From a virus: a DNA stretch of 15,908 nt. The notes under the pieces were generated by a model that saw only the letters and a program-made list of their open reading frames with translations, ran no database searches and was not told the DNA's origin. The position numbers and the translations under genes were made by a program. This document shows positions 1 through 8,043 of the stretch, one piece after another. The stretch is from UHGV virus genome UHGV-0361135; one strand, written 5' to 3'. Each line of letters begins with the position of its first letter. Position 1 is the first letter of the stretch.

Positions 1-1
1 T

Positions 2-583
2 CACCTTATCAGAACCGCTTATGAAATTAACGAAGAGCCGACCGCCTATGGCGATCACGGTATTCGTATTTATGGCATCTGGTCACCCATTTCAGAGGGC
101 AAGATCTGCACTCATGCAGTGAAGTGGAAAATGGTTCGTAAGGCCGTTGACGTTCAGGAGGCGGTAGCCGACCAGGGCGCTTGCGCCCCTTGGACTCGTG
201 GCAATAACTGTCCCCTTGCTGAAAATTTGAACCAACAGGAGAAAGATAAATCAGCTGATGGGGGCACCAGAACGGACATTACCCGCATGGATGACAAGCA
301 GTTGCACGATTACCTGCACAGTATGAGCAAAAAAGAGCGCCGGGAACTGGCAGCAAGGTTACGCCTGGTTAAACCGAAACGGCGTAAAGACTACAAACAG
401 CGAATTACAGACCATCAGCGACTGCAGCTCGTCTATGAGCTGAAGTCCAGAGGATTTGATGGTAGCGAGAAAGAGGTCGATTTACTCCTTCGCGGCGGCA
501 GTATTCCGTCAGGAGCAGGCCTGCGTATCTTCTATCGGAACCAGCGTCTGCAGGAGGATGATAAATGGCGGAACCTGTATTAA
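2..583 (+). CDS. 3' end of a long ORF that enters the window already open (5' partial); probably the C-terminus of the P2-family replication initiation protein (gpA-like), judged by synteny
   Basis: Frame 2 is open from the first base of the window to TAA at 581-583. The position immediately upstream of the tum/DinI-like module and the cargo island matches the P2/186 gene order. I do not recognise the protein sequence itself. Confidence 0.5.
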   Translation, partial: HLIRTAYEINEEPTAYGDHGIRIYGIWSPISEGKICTHAVKWKMVRKAVDVQEAVADQGACAPWTRGNNCPLAENLNQQEKDKSADGGTRTDITRMDDKQLHDYLHSMSKKERRELAARLRLVKPKRRKDYKQRITDHQRLQLVYELKSRGFDGSEKEVDLLLRGGSIPSGAGLRIFYRNQRLQEDDKWRNLY

Positions 584-675
584 TTACGCTGGTTAACAAT
601 TCGTGCTCTTAATAATACCAGGCATATCAGGCTGATGAGCGTAAAAAAACGTTTTACATCAGTAAGATTATTATA

Positions 676-695
676 TACTGTAAATATAAACAGTG
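676..695. promoter_or_regulatory. LexA operator (SOS box) overlapping a putative sigma70 promoter for the downstream small-ORF/DinI-like operon
   Basis: TACTGTAAATATAAACAGTG has CTGT at 678-681, an 8-nt AT-rich spacer and ACAG at 690-693, matching the gammaproteobacterial LexA consensus CTGT-N8-ACAG. A TTTACA -35-like hexamer lies at 653-658 and TATACT at 674-679. The first downstream start codon is 42 nt away. Confidence 0.75.
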
Positions 696-736
696 GTTAT
701 GTGTACAGTATTGCTTGTGGTGTCATAGGAGGAAAA

Positions 737-925
737 ATGCAGGACTATTTTTTGGAGTCTTTGAAGCTCCAGCGCATTGATTTTTTTCTTAAGCTTGTAG
801 CGGCTAGTGAGTGTAGTGATGAAGAGAAGGGGCTGGCCCTGCAGTGGGTTTCTGAACTGACAGATGAACTCATGGCAAAAATCAGAACCCACGAATACAA
901 CCGCTCAATGGATGTCATCAGTTGA
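737..925 (+). CDS. Small hypothetical protein (62 aa), first gene of the SOS-regulated operon; possible antirepressor-like partner of the DinI-like protein
   Basis: ATG at 737 is preceded by a strong RBS, AGGAGG at 727-732. The longer ORF in the track (from 635) lacks an RBS and would overlap the LexA box. No recognisable homology. Confidence 0.6.
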   Translation: MQDYFLESLKLQRIDFFLKLVAASECSDEEKGLALQWVSELTDELMAKIRTHEYNRSMDVIS

Positions 926-935
926 GGTGACTTTT

Positions 936-1169
936 ATGCGCATTGAAATAATGATCGATAAAGAGCAGAAAATTAGCCAGTCTACCCTGGACGCCCTTGA
1001 ATCCGAGCTTTACCGCAATCTGCGCCCCCTGTATCCCAAAGCGGTAATTCGTATCCGTAAAGGTAGCTCTAATGGTGTGGAACTGACCGGACTGCAACTG
1101 GACGAAGAAAGAAAACAAGTGATGAAAATTATGCAGAAGGTGTGGGAAGACGACAGCTGGCTGCATTAA
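936..1169 (+). CDS. DinI-family protein (77 aa), resembling the DinI-like C-terminal domain of phage 186 Tum antirepressor
   Basis: MRIEIMIDK...LDALESEL...SSNGVELTG...KQVMKIMQKVWEDDSWL aligns well with E. coli DinI as I recall it (MRIEVTIAK...IDALAGEL...ILQETWESADDWF). A GAGGTGA RBS precedes the ATG at 936. Confidence 0.88.
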   Translation: MRIEIMIDKEQKISQSTLDALESELYRNLRPLYPKAVIRIRKGSSNGVELTGLQLDEERKQVMKIMQKVWEDDSWLH

Positions 1170-1170
1170 G

Positions 1171-1213
1171 AAACGTTGCTGGCGTCTGAACTTGCTTCTG
1201 ACGTCAGCAACGT
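1171..1213 (+). repeat. Inverted repeat (15-bp stem, 13-nt loop) immediately 3' of the DinI-like gene; possible terminator or boundary element
   Basis: aacgttgctggcgtc (1171-1185) pairs with gacgtcagcaacgtt (1199-1213) with one G-U position. There is no U-tract after it, so it is not a canonical intrinsic terminator. Confidence 0.5.
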
Positions 1214-1435
1214 TGAACAACTAGTTTAGTGGGGCATTAGTCATGGGGTAAAATACAGTAACCATTATTTTCACTTCCGCTCAGATTTAACCGAACGTTA
1301 GTTTTGCTACGTATGATGGGCTGCAAATTACCTTTTGGGATTTGTGATAGATACGAAAATCCTATTAGATGCTTGTTAGACCGGAAGCGCCACTTCGAAC
1401 GAAAAGTAATGGCCACTTATGCCGGTTTAAAAGCC

Positions 1436-1966
1436 TTAACCTTGTATAGTTATTTGAATATTTTCTTCATTAACACCAAAGTATAGGGCTAGCCCTGCTT
1501 TTGCCTCCTGAAGTGTTAACGGCTTAACTACATTTTCTTCTTCTTCTTCGTACTCATCACCCGCTTGATCGACAATCGAATTAGTCGGGGTTAATTTGGG
1601 AAGAGCTTTAAATTCCAACTTGTCAGCCTCAATGCCAATGTCTTTGAGGTTGCGATAAGAAACGGGATTCCGATTGCCATCCCATTGTCCTGGGATGTCA
1701 ATTTCAGCATAAGAATTGATGTTTATGATCCAGCGTTTAGGGTTTTCTGGAGCCCTGCTTACTCCCGAGATTCGACCGATCATAAAAGCATGATGATGTT
1801 TTGCTTCTTGTGATCCCCAGTCCTTTCTCGAATTTTGTACACAAACTAAATATTCGTGCTTAGCTGCATGGCTGGCGTCAAGTCTCCATGCTTGGCTTCC
1901 CCCTGTGTTCAAAATCTCTGTTAAACCACGAGCAGTAAGTACAGTAATACAGTTGGTAGTAGCCAT
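1436..1966 (-). CDS. Hypothetical 176-aa protein in AT-rich cargo island 1; function unknown, candidate accessory or anti-phage gene
   Basis: Intact 531-nt ORF on the minus strand with a purine-rich stretch (GACGGGG) upstream of the ATG at 1966. Composition differs from the flanking phage genes. It has an acidic patch (DEYEEEEEN) and a His-rich segment (KHHHAF). I recognise no family. Confidence 0.7.
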   Translation of the reverse strand: MATTNCITVLTARGLTEILNTGGSQAWRLDASHAAKHEYLVCVQNSRKDWGSQEAKHHHAFMIGRISGVSRAPENPKRWIININSYAEIDIPGQWDGNRNPVSYRNLKDIGIEADKLEFKALPKLTPTNSIVDQAGDEYEEEEENVVKPLTLQEAKAGLALYFGVNEENIQITIQG

Positions 1967-2283
1967 TGAATTGTGACCCCGTCTTTTTTAGAGAAATACT
2001 GTTGATGAATGTAGTTTACGTATTTTTTTATGGGGTAGTCAAGTTAGTATTATGCTCATTATTGGCTGTTTGTTGAGTGTTGTGAGTTGGTACTTTGTGT
2101 AGTATCTCTTGATTTATGAGGATTAAATCTAAGTTATGACAAAGGGAGGCAGGGGGAACGCGCAGCGCAAGGTGGACAGGAGGCCATAAGGACTCACTTG
2201 AAGTAAGAAAAGATCGATAAAGCAACAATGCATGTCTATGCCGCATGAATTCGCATGATCGTTTGAGGATCGTTTTAGTTGAG

Positions 2284-2311
2284 GCCCGCCAGGAATGGCG
2301 GGCTTTTGTTT
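2284..2311 (+). terminator. Rho-independent terminator-like hairpin on the plus strand with no annotated upstream plus-strand gene
   Basis: GCCCGCC (2284-2290), loop AGGAAT, GGCGGGC (2297-2303), followed by TTTTGTTT (2304-2311). Confidence 0.55.
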
Positions 2312-2481
2312 ATGTCATGCAAGTGCATGAAAACCACTACATAAAGCGGGCAGGCGTGGCGGGGATACGAGCGCGCGCTCATGGTTGAATTAATGAAATT
2401 ATGGTGTTAAATAGGCTAGCTTTTTAAGTCGTGAATATTCAATTTTTCAACTCATTTTTTTCATAGGGAGGAGTAATTGAC

Positions 2482-3180
2482 ATGGTTATGTTAGTGGATG
2501 ACTGTCCACGATGTGGATCACAAAAAATAGCGTTTGATGTTAATGGGCTGAATTGCACTAGGGTTTACAATGCATTGGGCGGGGGTAAAACATACGAGTA
2601 CGAGGTCTATTGTGTTTGCCGAGAGTGTCATAAAACGACAATGTTTCTTTGCAGACCTTTAACGAAAAATAAAACTTTAGATGGCTATAATTGGGAAAGT
2701 GGAATATTCGGCTTAAAGGAAGTTGCAGAGGTTGTTAGGCCTATATCACCGGCAGACTTAGCAGTAGAGGAGCCACCAGAGTTCTTACCTGAGCATATCA
2801 ATAGTGCATATGAGGAAGGGGCGAAATGTTTGGCTATAGGTTGTTATAATGCAGCAGCAACCATGTTTAGGCTTTGCCTTGATTATGCCACAAAAGGACT
2901 TCTTCCTGATGGGGAGCAAGGGCCTGCGCAAAAAATAAGGAGAAGCCTAGGGTTAAGAATGGAGTGGTTATTTGATAATCATCTACTGCCTGAAGCTTTA
3001 AGGGAACTAGCTGAATGCGTTAAAGATGACGGAAATGATGGAGCGCATGAAGGTATTTTGGATAAAGCTGCTGCTGAGGATCTTGAAGATTTTACCTATC
3101 TTTTTTTAGAACGGCTTTACACTGAACCTCAACGCCTTATCGAAGCCAAGACAAGGCGTGAACAAAGAAGAAACAAATAA
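2482..3180 (+). CDS. Zinc-ribbon plus DUF4145-like domain protein (232 aa); candidate single-gene defence or abortive-infection protein in cargo island 1
   Basis: GGGAGGAG RBS at 2466-2473, 8 nt before the ATG at 2482. The N-terminus has CxxC...CxxC (CPRCG...CRECH). The C-terminal region (AYEEGAKCLAIGCYNAAATMFRLCLDYATK...LRELAECVKDDGNDGAHEG) resembles the DUF4145 helical domain pattern as I recall it. Lower GC than the adjacent portal gene. Confidence 0.75.
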   Translation: MVMLVDDCPRCGSQKIAFDVNGLNCTRVYNALGGGKTYEYEVYCVCRECHKTTMFLCRPLTKNKTLDGYNWESGIFGLKEVAEVVRPISPADLAVEEPPEFLPEHINSAYEEGAKCLAIGCYNAAATMFRLCLDYATKGLLPDGEQGPAQKIRRSLGLRMEWLFDNHLLPEALRELAECVKDDGNDGAHEGILDKAAAEDLEDFTYLFLERLYTEPQRLIEAKTRREQRRNK

Positions 3181-3188
3181 GTTCGGAA

Positions 3189-4226
3189 TTATTCTTCTGA
3201 AAGAATATAGGGCGTAAATTTAATCACTTCTTCGCCCAGCCAGTCGTTCAGCTCTTGTAGCCTTTTTTGCAAGGGCGTTAATTCATTACGTACAAATACG
3301 CGACTGGCCTTCTCCACATCCCCAAATCCCCCAACATTATTAGGCATTATCCCCATCATTTGTGGCGGTACACGGTGCGCAGCCATCATGTCATCGCGGC
3401 TGACATTTTTGATATTCAGAAACTCATCCTTCGCCGCGACTTCTGACAGAGGAATGATCTGAAGGCCGTCCTTTTTGCCGTTCGGCGAGTACATAAACAG
3501 GTTACGGAAATTGCCAGGTCCTTTGGCGCTTTTCATCGCATTACGGAGGTTGTTTACATCCTCCTGGTTCTGCGCGGCGTCGGTCATGTACATGATGAAG
3601 CCTGCGTGGCTGCCGTTAATGTAATACTTGCGGCGGAACAGCGTGGCGGACTCGTTGAGTAGGGCTGACGGAATGGCAGAAAGATAACCGGGCAGGCCGT
3701 AGATCTCCTGGTTGATATCCGGTTCCATCAGGTGAAAAATGCTGCCTTTCGTGAACTGATACGGTTGCGTGGTCATGCCGTATTGCACAAACCAGTAGGT
3801 ATCCAGGTCTAATCCGCGTCGGGTGTATTTTGCCAGGGCAGGTTCAAGGGCGATAACTTCACCGAAGCGGTTCGTGCGTTTCTCCAGGTAGGCGTTACCA
3901 AAAACCAGATAGTCCTGCACAAAACGCGAAAAAGCCTGCTGGCTGAGCAGCGGGTGAGGGATGTAGGTGCTGGTCAGAATGTTGCACTTTACTGCAATCG
4001 GGGAACTATGATGCACGGCAGCGCGGAAGGTGCGCGCCAGTCCGTCAAAGCTGACGGGCGGCTCATACCAGCGGTCCATCTGTACGCATTCCACATAATC
4101 CAGCAGTTCTCGGCGGTCCAGAACAGGAACGGGATCGCCGAAGCTGAATGCTTCGGCTGTAGTTTGACTTTTAAGCTGGATCTGTTTCGTCGCCGCAGCG
4201 CGGTTCTTCTTACTCTTTCCCATCAA
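3189..4226 (-). CDS. Q: Capsid portal protein (P2 gpQ homolog)
   Basis: 345-aa ORF with a P2 Q-like N-terminus (MMGKSKKNRAAATKQ...), located immediately downstream of P on the minus strand with a 4-nt ATGA start/stop overlap. Canonical P2 Q-P arrangement. Confidence 0.92.
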   Translation of the reverse strand: MMGKSKKNRAAATKQIQLKSQTTAEAFSFGDPVPVLDRRELLDYVECVQMDRWYEPPVSFDGLARTFRAAVHHSSPIAVKCNILTSTYIPHPLLSQQAFSRFVQDYLVFGNAYLEKRTNRFGEVIALEPALAKYTRRGLDLDTYWFVQYGMTTQPYQFTKGSIFHLMEPDINQEIYGLPGYLSAIPSALLNESATLFRRKYYINGSHAGFIMYMTDAAQNQEDVNNLRNAMKSAKGPGNFRNLFMYSPNGKKDGLQIIPLSEVAAKDEFLNIKNVSRDDMMAAHRVPPQMMGIMPNNVGGFGDVEKASRVFVRNELTPLQKRLQELNDWLGEEVIKFTPYILSEE

Positions 4227-5989
4227 AAAATCTCCACAATATTGCTGGTATTGGCGGATTCGCCCTGCAGCGGTTCGTTAAACAGTGCGTGCATTGTTGC
4301 CCAGGCCAGATCGGCATGGCTGGCTTCTTCGCTGCGGCTGGCTTCATAGGTTGGGCGGTTGCCGCTGGCGGTGGTGGCGCGACGGATTGCCATAAATGAC
4401 TGCGCTATGTCGGTGTGTCCGGCGTCAAACTCCAGACGACGGTGACTGATAATGTCGTAGGCCTTGAGTACCAGGGCGTTTTTAACGTTGGGGTTGTAGA
4501 CAAACTCCCGGACGGCTGGAAAAAACGCTTTCACGTTCTCGTAAACCCCGTGGCCGACACCTGTCGAGTCGATGCCGATGTAGGTCACGTTGTACTGTTC
4601 GGTCAGTTTTTTGATGGCGTCAGCCTGGGCGCGAAAGTCCATTCCGCGCCACTGGTGACGCTCAAGAATGCGGAACTTGCCGCCCGGCACGGCTGGCGGT
4701 GCCACCACCACGCATCCGGCGCTGTCGCCATTCTGCGTACCTTTCGCCGGGTCATAACCGATCCATACTTCGCACCAGCCAAACGGGCGCAGGGCCAGTG
4801 CATGAAAGTCAGTCCAGACTTCCCAGCTGTCTACCATGCACGCCTGCAGCTCGCTGAGCGGGAACACGGACGCGAGATCGTCCACGAACTCACACATCAG
4901 CAGGTTCTGGTATTCGTCCGGGCTGTACTCCATGCGCAACTGGTCGAGATCGAACAGGTTACATCCGCCGCGCACAGCATCTTCCACGGTGACTATCTGG
5001 CGGTATTGCCCGTCTGCGCACAGCAGGCCGGGGGCCAGATTGCTGTGGGACAGGTCGATGTCCACCTTATCGGCTTTGTTGCGCCCACGGTTGAACAGCG
5101 CACCGGACCAGAACGGATAAGCACTGTGTGTCAGGCTGGATGGCGTGGAAAAATAGGTTTGTCGCCATTTTTTGTGAATAGCCATACCGGAAGCCACTTT
5201 GCGCAGCTCCTGGAATTTCGGTATCCAGAAATATTCATCCAGATACAGGTTGCCGTGGTAACTCTGGGCCGTGCGGGCATTGGTGCCGAGGAAGTAAAGC
5301 GTGGCCCCGTTGGGAAGCACCATCGGATCGCCTTTCAGCTCCACCTCCACTTCTTTGGCGAAGTCGATGATGTACTGTTTAAAGACGTGGGCCTGTGCCT
5401 TACTGGCAGAAAGGAAAATCTGGTTACGTCCGGTAAGCAGGGCGTCAATCAGGGCTTCACGGGCAAAATAGAAGGTCGCGCCGATCTGGCGTGACTTCAG
5501 CAGGTTGCGGATGCGGTTGGTTTTTCCGGCTTCCCACCAGTGGCGCTGGTAGTTGAACATGGAGGAATGGAAAATTTCTTCCAGCTTCTCAATCTGTTCA
5601 TCGGTGAAAACATTCTTTTCAGGCTGACGGCGTGGGCCTTTGTTGCGGTTGGCGACGTTAGGGTTTAAGTCAGCTTCGTTGCCGCCATTGTTAAACTTGC
5701 CGATCCGCGCGTGGCGCTCCGACTGGCGCGCCAGCAGGTCAATCTCTTTGAAATCTTTCCCTTCTTTGTGCTCCTTCATGATGAGCTGGCAGTAGCGTGC
5801 GGCGGTAGTGAGCTGCATCTGATCCAGCGGCCCATAGTCACCCCACTTGTCGCGTTTTTTCCAGCTGTGAACGGTTGCAACTTTCTCGCCCAGCATTTCA
5901 GCAATGCGGGCTACGCGGTATCCCTGAAAGTACAGCAGCATGGCCTGCCGACGGGGATCGAGATCTGCGGGTGTCAGTGTGGTGTTCAT
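4223..5989 (-). CDS. P: Terminase large (ATPase) subunit (P2 gpP homolog)
   Basis: 588-aa ORF, matching the size and position of P2 gpP. It is divergent from O across a 142-bp late-promoter region. Confidence 0.92.
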   Translation of the reverse strand: MNTTLTPADLDPRRQAMLLYFQGYRVARIAEMLGEKVATVHSWKKRDKWGDYGPLDQMQLTTAARYCQLIMKEHKEGKDFKEIDLLARQSERHARIGKFNNGGNEADLNPNVANRNKGPRRQPEKNVFTDEQIEKLEEIFHSSMFNYQRHWWEAGKTNRIRNLLKSRQIGATFYFAREALIDALLTGRNQIFLSASKAQAHVFKQYIIDFAKEVEVELKGDPMVLPNGATLYFLGTNARTAQSYHGNLYLDEYFWIPKFQELRKVASGMAIHKKWRQTYFSTPSSLTHSAYPFWSGALFNRGRNKADKVDIDLSHSNLAPGLLCADGQYRQIVTVEDAVRGGCNLFDLDQLRMEYSPDEYQNLLMCEFVDDLASVFPLSELQACMVDSWEVWTDFHALALRPFGWCEVWIGYDPAKGTQNGDSAGCVVVAPPAVPGGKFRILERHQWRGMDFRAQADAIKKLTEQYNVTYIGIDSTGVGHGVYENVKAFFPAVREFVYNPNVKNALVLKAYDIISHRRLEFDAGHTDIAQSFMAIRRATTASGNRPTYEASRSEEASHADLAWATMHALFNEPLQGESANTSNIVEIF

Positions 5990-6035
5990 GGCACAAACCT
6001 ACAACCTTGAATGAAGGCTTTCCCCGCCTGCGGTT

Positions 6036-6053
6036 TGTGTGGTTGTCGGTACA
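6036..6053. promoter_or_regulatory. TGT-N12-ACA dyad, candidate Ogr/B-family late-activator binding site of the P/O divergent late promoter region
   Basis: TGT at 6036-6038, 12-nt spacer, ACA at 6051-6053. The centre is about 88 bp upstream of the O start codon, consistent with the P2 late-promoter rule of a dyad centred near -55. Confidence 0.55.
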
Positions 6054-6131
6054 AATACCGCGCATTGTTTCACTGCCCCCATCACCGCAACCATAAGGCT
6101 CCAGTAAGTTTTTTCTAACGGAGCACGGCTC

Positions 6132-6965
6132 ATGACAGTGAAAGCAAAGCGTTTTCGCATCGGGGTGGAAGGCGCCACCACCGACGGACGCGAAATCCAG
6201 CGTGAATGGCTGGAACAGATGGCAGCCAGCTACAACCCGGCGGTGTATACCGCGCTGATTAACCTTGAGCACATCAAGTCTTATCTGCCGGACAGCACCT
6301 TTAACCGCTACGGTAAGGTGACGGCGCTGTTTGCTGAAGAAATCACGGAAGGTCCGCTGGCAGGCAAGATGGCGCTGTATGCCGACGTTGAGCCAACGGA
6401 GTCCCTGGTGGAACTGGTGAAAAAAGGCCAGAAATTATTCACCTCTATGGAAGTCAGCCCGAAGTTTGCTGATACGGGCAAAGCCTACCTGGTCGGCCTG
6501 GCTGCCACTGATGACCCTGCCAGTCTGGGCACTGAAATGCTGACATTCAGCGCCAGTGCAGCCCATAACCCGCTGGCAAACCGCAAGCAGAATCCCGCCA
6601 ATCTCTTTACAGCCGCAGAGGAAACGGTGATCGAACTGGAAGAAATCCAGGAGGACAAGCCGTCCCTGTTTGCCCGTGTCACGGCGCTGTTCACCAAAAA
6701 AGAGCAGTCCGATGACGCCCGGTTCTCTGATGTGCATAAGGCCGTGGAACTGGTCGCCACTGAGCAGCAGAACCTGAGTGCGCGCACCGAAAAATCCCTG
6801 TCTGAGCAGGAAGAGCGCCTGTCTGAGCTGGAGACAGCCCTGCAGGCACAGCAGACCGCCTTTAACGAACTGGTGGACAAGCTGAGCCAAGAAGACAGCC
6901 GCCAGGACTACCGCCAGCGTGCAACAGGCGGTAACGCCCCCGCTGACACTCTGACCAATTGCTGA
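6132..6965 (+). CDS. O: Capsid scaffolding protein (P2 gpO homolog)
   Basis: 277 aa; the N-terminus (...RFRIGVEGATTDGREIQ...INLEH...RYGKV) matches P2 gpO (...FRIGVEGDTCDGR...INLEH...RYGDV). GGAG RBS upstream. Confidence 0.93.
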   Translation: MTVKAKRFRIGVEGATTDGREIQREWLEQMAASYNPAVYTALINLEHIKSYLPDSTFNRYGKVTALFAEEITEGPLAGKMALYADVEPTESLVELVKKGQKLFTSMEVSPKFADTGKAYLVGLAATDDPASLGTEMLTFSASAAHNPLANRKQNPANLFTAAEETVIELEEIQEDKPSLFARVTALFTKKEQSDDARFSDVHKAVELVATEQQNLSARTEKSLSEQEERLSELETALQAQQTAFNELVDKLSQEDSRQDYRQRATGGNAPADTLTNC

Positions 6966-6981
6966 TGGAGCACAAAACCTG

Positions 6982-8040
6982 ATGAAGAAGAATACCCGCT
7001 TTGCTTTTAACGCTTACCTGCAGCAGCTGGCGCGTCTGAACGGTGTGGCAGTTGAAGAACTGTCCAGCAAGTTCACCGTAGAGCCGTCCGTGCAGCAGAC
7101 ATTGGAAGACCAGATCCAGCAGTCCGCCGCTTTCCTGACGCTGATTAACGTCACGCCAGTGACTGAGCAGTCCGGTCAGCTGCTGGGGTTGGGAGTTGGC
7201 AGCACCATTGCCGGAACCACTGATACCACCGCGAAAGAGCGTGAACCTGTCGATCCGACGCTGATGGTCGATGTGGAATATAAATGCGAGCAGACCAACT
7301 TTGACACGGTGCTGACCTACGCGAAGCTGGACCTGTGGGCGAAGTTTCAGGATTTTCAGGTGCGTATCCGTGACGCCATCGTGAAACGTCAGGCACTGGA
7401 CCGCATCATGATCGGCTTTAACGGCGTGAAGCGTGCGAAAACCTCCAACCGTAGCGAAAACCCGCTGCTGCAGGATGTGAATAAAGGCTGGCTGCAGAAA
7501 ATCCGTGAGGATGCACCGGATCACGTCATGGGCAGCACCACCACGGGCGGTGAAACCACACCGGGCGCGGTGAAAGTCGGTAAAGGTGGCGAATATGCCA
7601 ACCTGGACGCCGTGGTGATGGATGCCGTTAATGAGCTTATCGACGTGGTCTACCAGGACGATGACGATCTGGTGGTGATTTGCGGTCGTGAACTGTTGTC
7701 TGATAAGTATTTCCCGCTGGTCAACAAAGAGCAGGAAAACAGTGAAAAACTGGCTGCCGATATGATCATCAGCCAGAAACGCATGGGTGGCTTGCAGGCC
7801 GTGCGTGCGCCGTTCTTCCCGCCGAATGCGCTGCTGATCACCCGTCTGGATAACCTGTCCATCTACTGGCAGGAAGACACCCGCCGCCGTTCAGTTATCG
7901 ACAACCCGAAACGTGACCGGATTGAAAACTTTGAATCCGTTAACGAAGCCTATGTGGTTGAGGACTACCGCTGCGCAGCACTGGTGGAAAACATCCAGAT
8001 TGGCGATTTCAGCGCCGCTGCAGCAGAAGCCGGAGCGTAA
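6982..8040 (+). CDS. N: Major capsid protein (P2 gpN homolog)
   Basis: 352 aa; strong similarity to P2 gpN (TRFAFNAYL...KFTVEPSVQQTL...IGFNGVKRA.TS.RS.NPLLQDV..GWLQK). Confidence 0.95.
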   Translation: MKKNTRFAFNAYLQQLARLNGVAVEELSSKFTVEPSVQQTLEDQIQQSAAFLTLINVTPVTEQSGQLLGLGVGSTIAGTTDTTAKEREPVDPTLMVDVEYKCEQTNFDTVLTYAKLDLWAKFQDFQVRIRDAIVKRQALDRIMIGFNGVKRAKTSNRSENPLLQDVNKGWLQKIREDAPDHVMGSTTTGGETTPGAVKVGKGGEYANLDAVVMDAVNELIDVVYQDDDDLVVICGRELLSDKYFPLVNKEQENSEKLAADMIISQKRMGGLQAVRAPFFPPNALLITRLDNLSIYWQEDTRRRSVIDNPKRDRIENFESVNEAYVVEDYRCAALVENIQIGDFSAAAAEAGA

Positions 8041-8043
8041 TCC

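Noticed and set aside
635-736. N-terminal extension of the small ORF (track start at 635)
   Set aside because: Would start without an RBS and read through the LexA box and promoter; the ATG at 737 with an AGGAGG RBS is far better supported.
1304-1486. 60-aa plus-strand ORF in island 1
   Set aside because: No RBS, overlaps the 3' end of the convergent 176-aa gene and has no recognisable features.
2028-2246. 72-aa minus-strand ORF in the long intergenic region
   Set aside because: No RBS or convincing start context; the region is better explained as non-coding regulatory or cos-proximal DNA. Tiny plus-strand ORFs here (6-17 codons) were likewise not called.
3954-4349. 131-aa plus-strand ORF
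   Set aside because: Antisense to Q and the 3' end of P; shadow ORF.
4415-5494. 359-aa plus-strand ORF
   Set aside because: Lies entirely antisense within the terminase gene P, with no RBS or recognisable features and a low-complexity translation; a shadow ORF of a GC-rich gene.
6435-7524. Minus-strand ORFs of 151, 131 and 220 aa
   Set aside because: Antisense to the well-supported O and N capsid genes; Cys/Arg-rich low-complexity translations typical of antisense frames.
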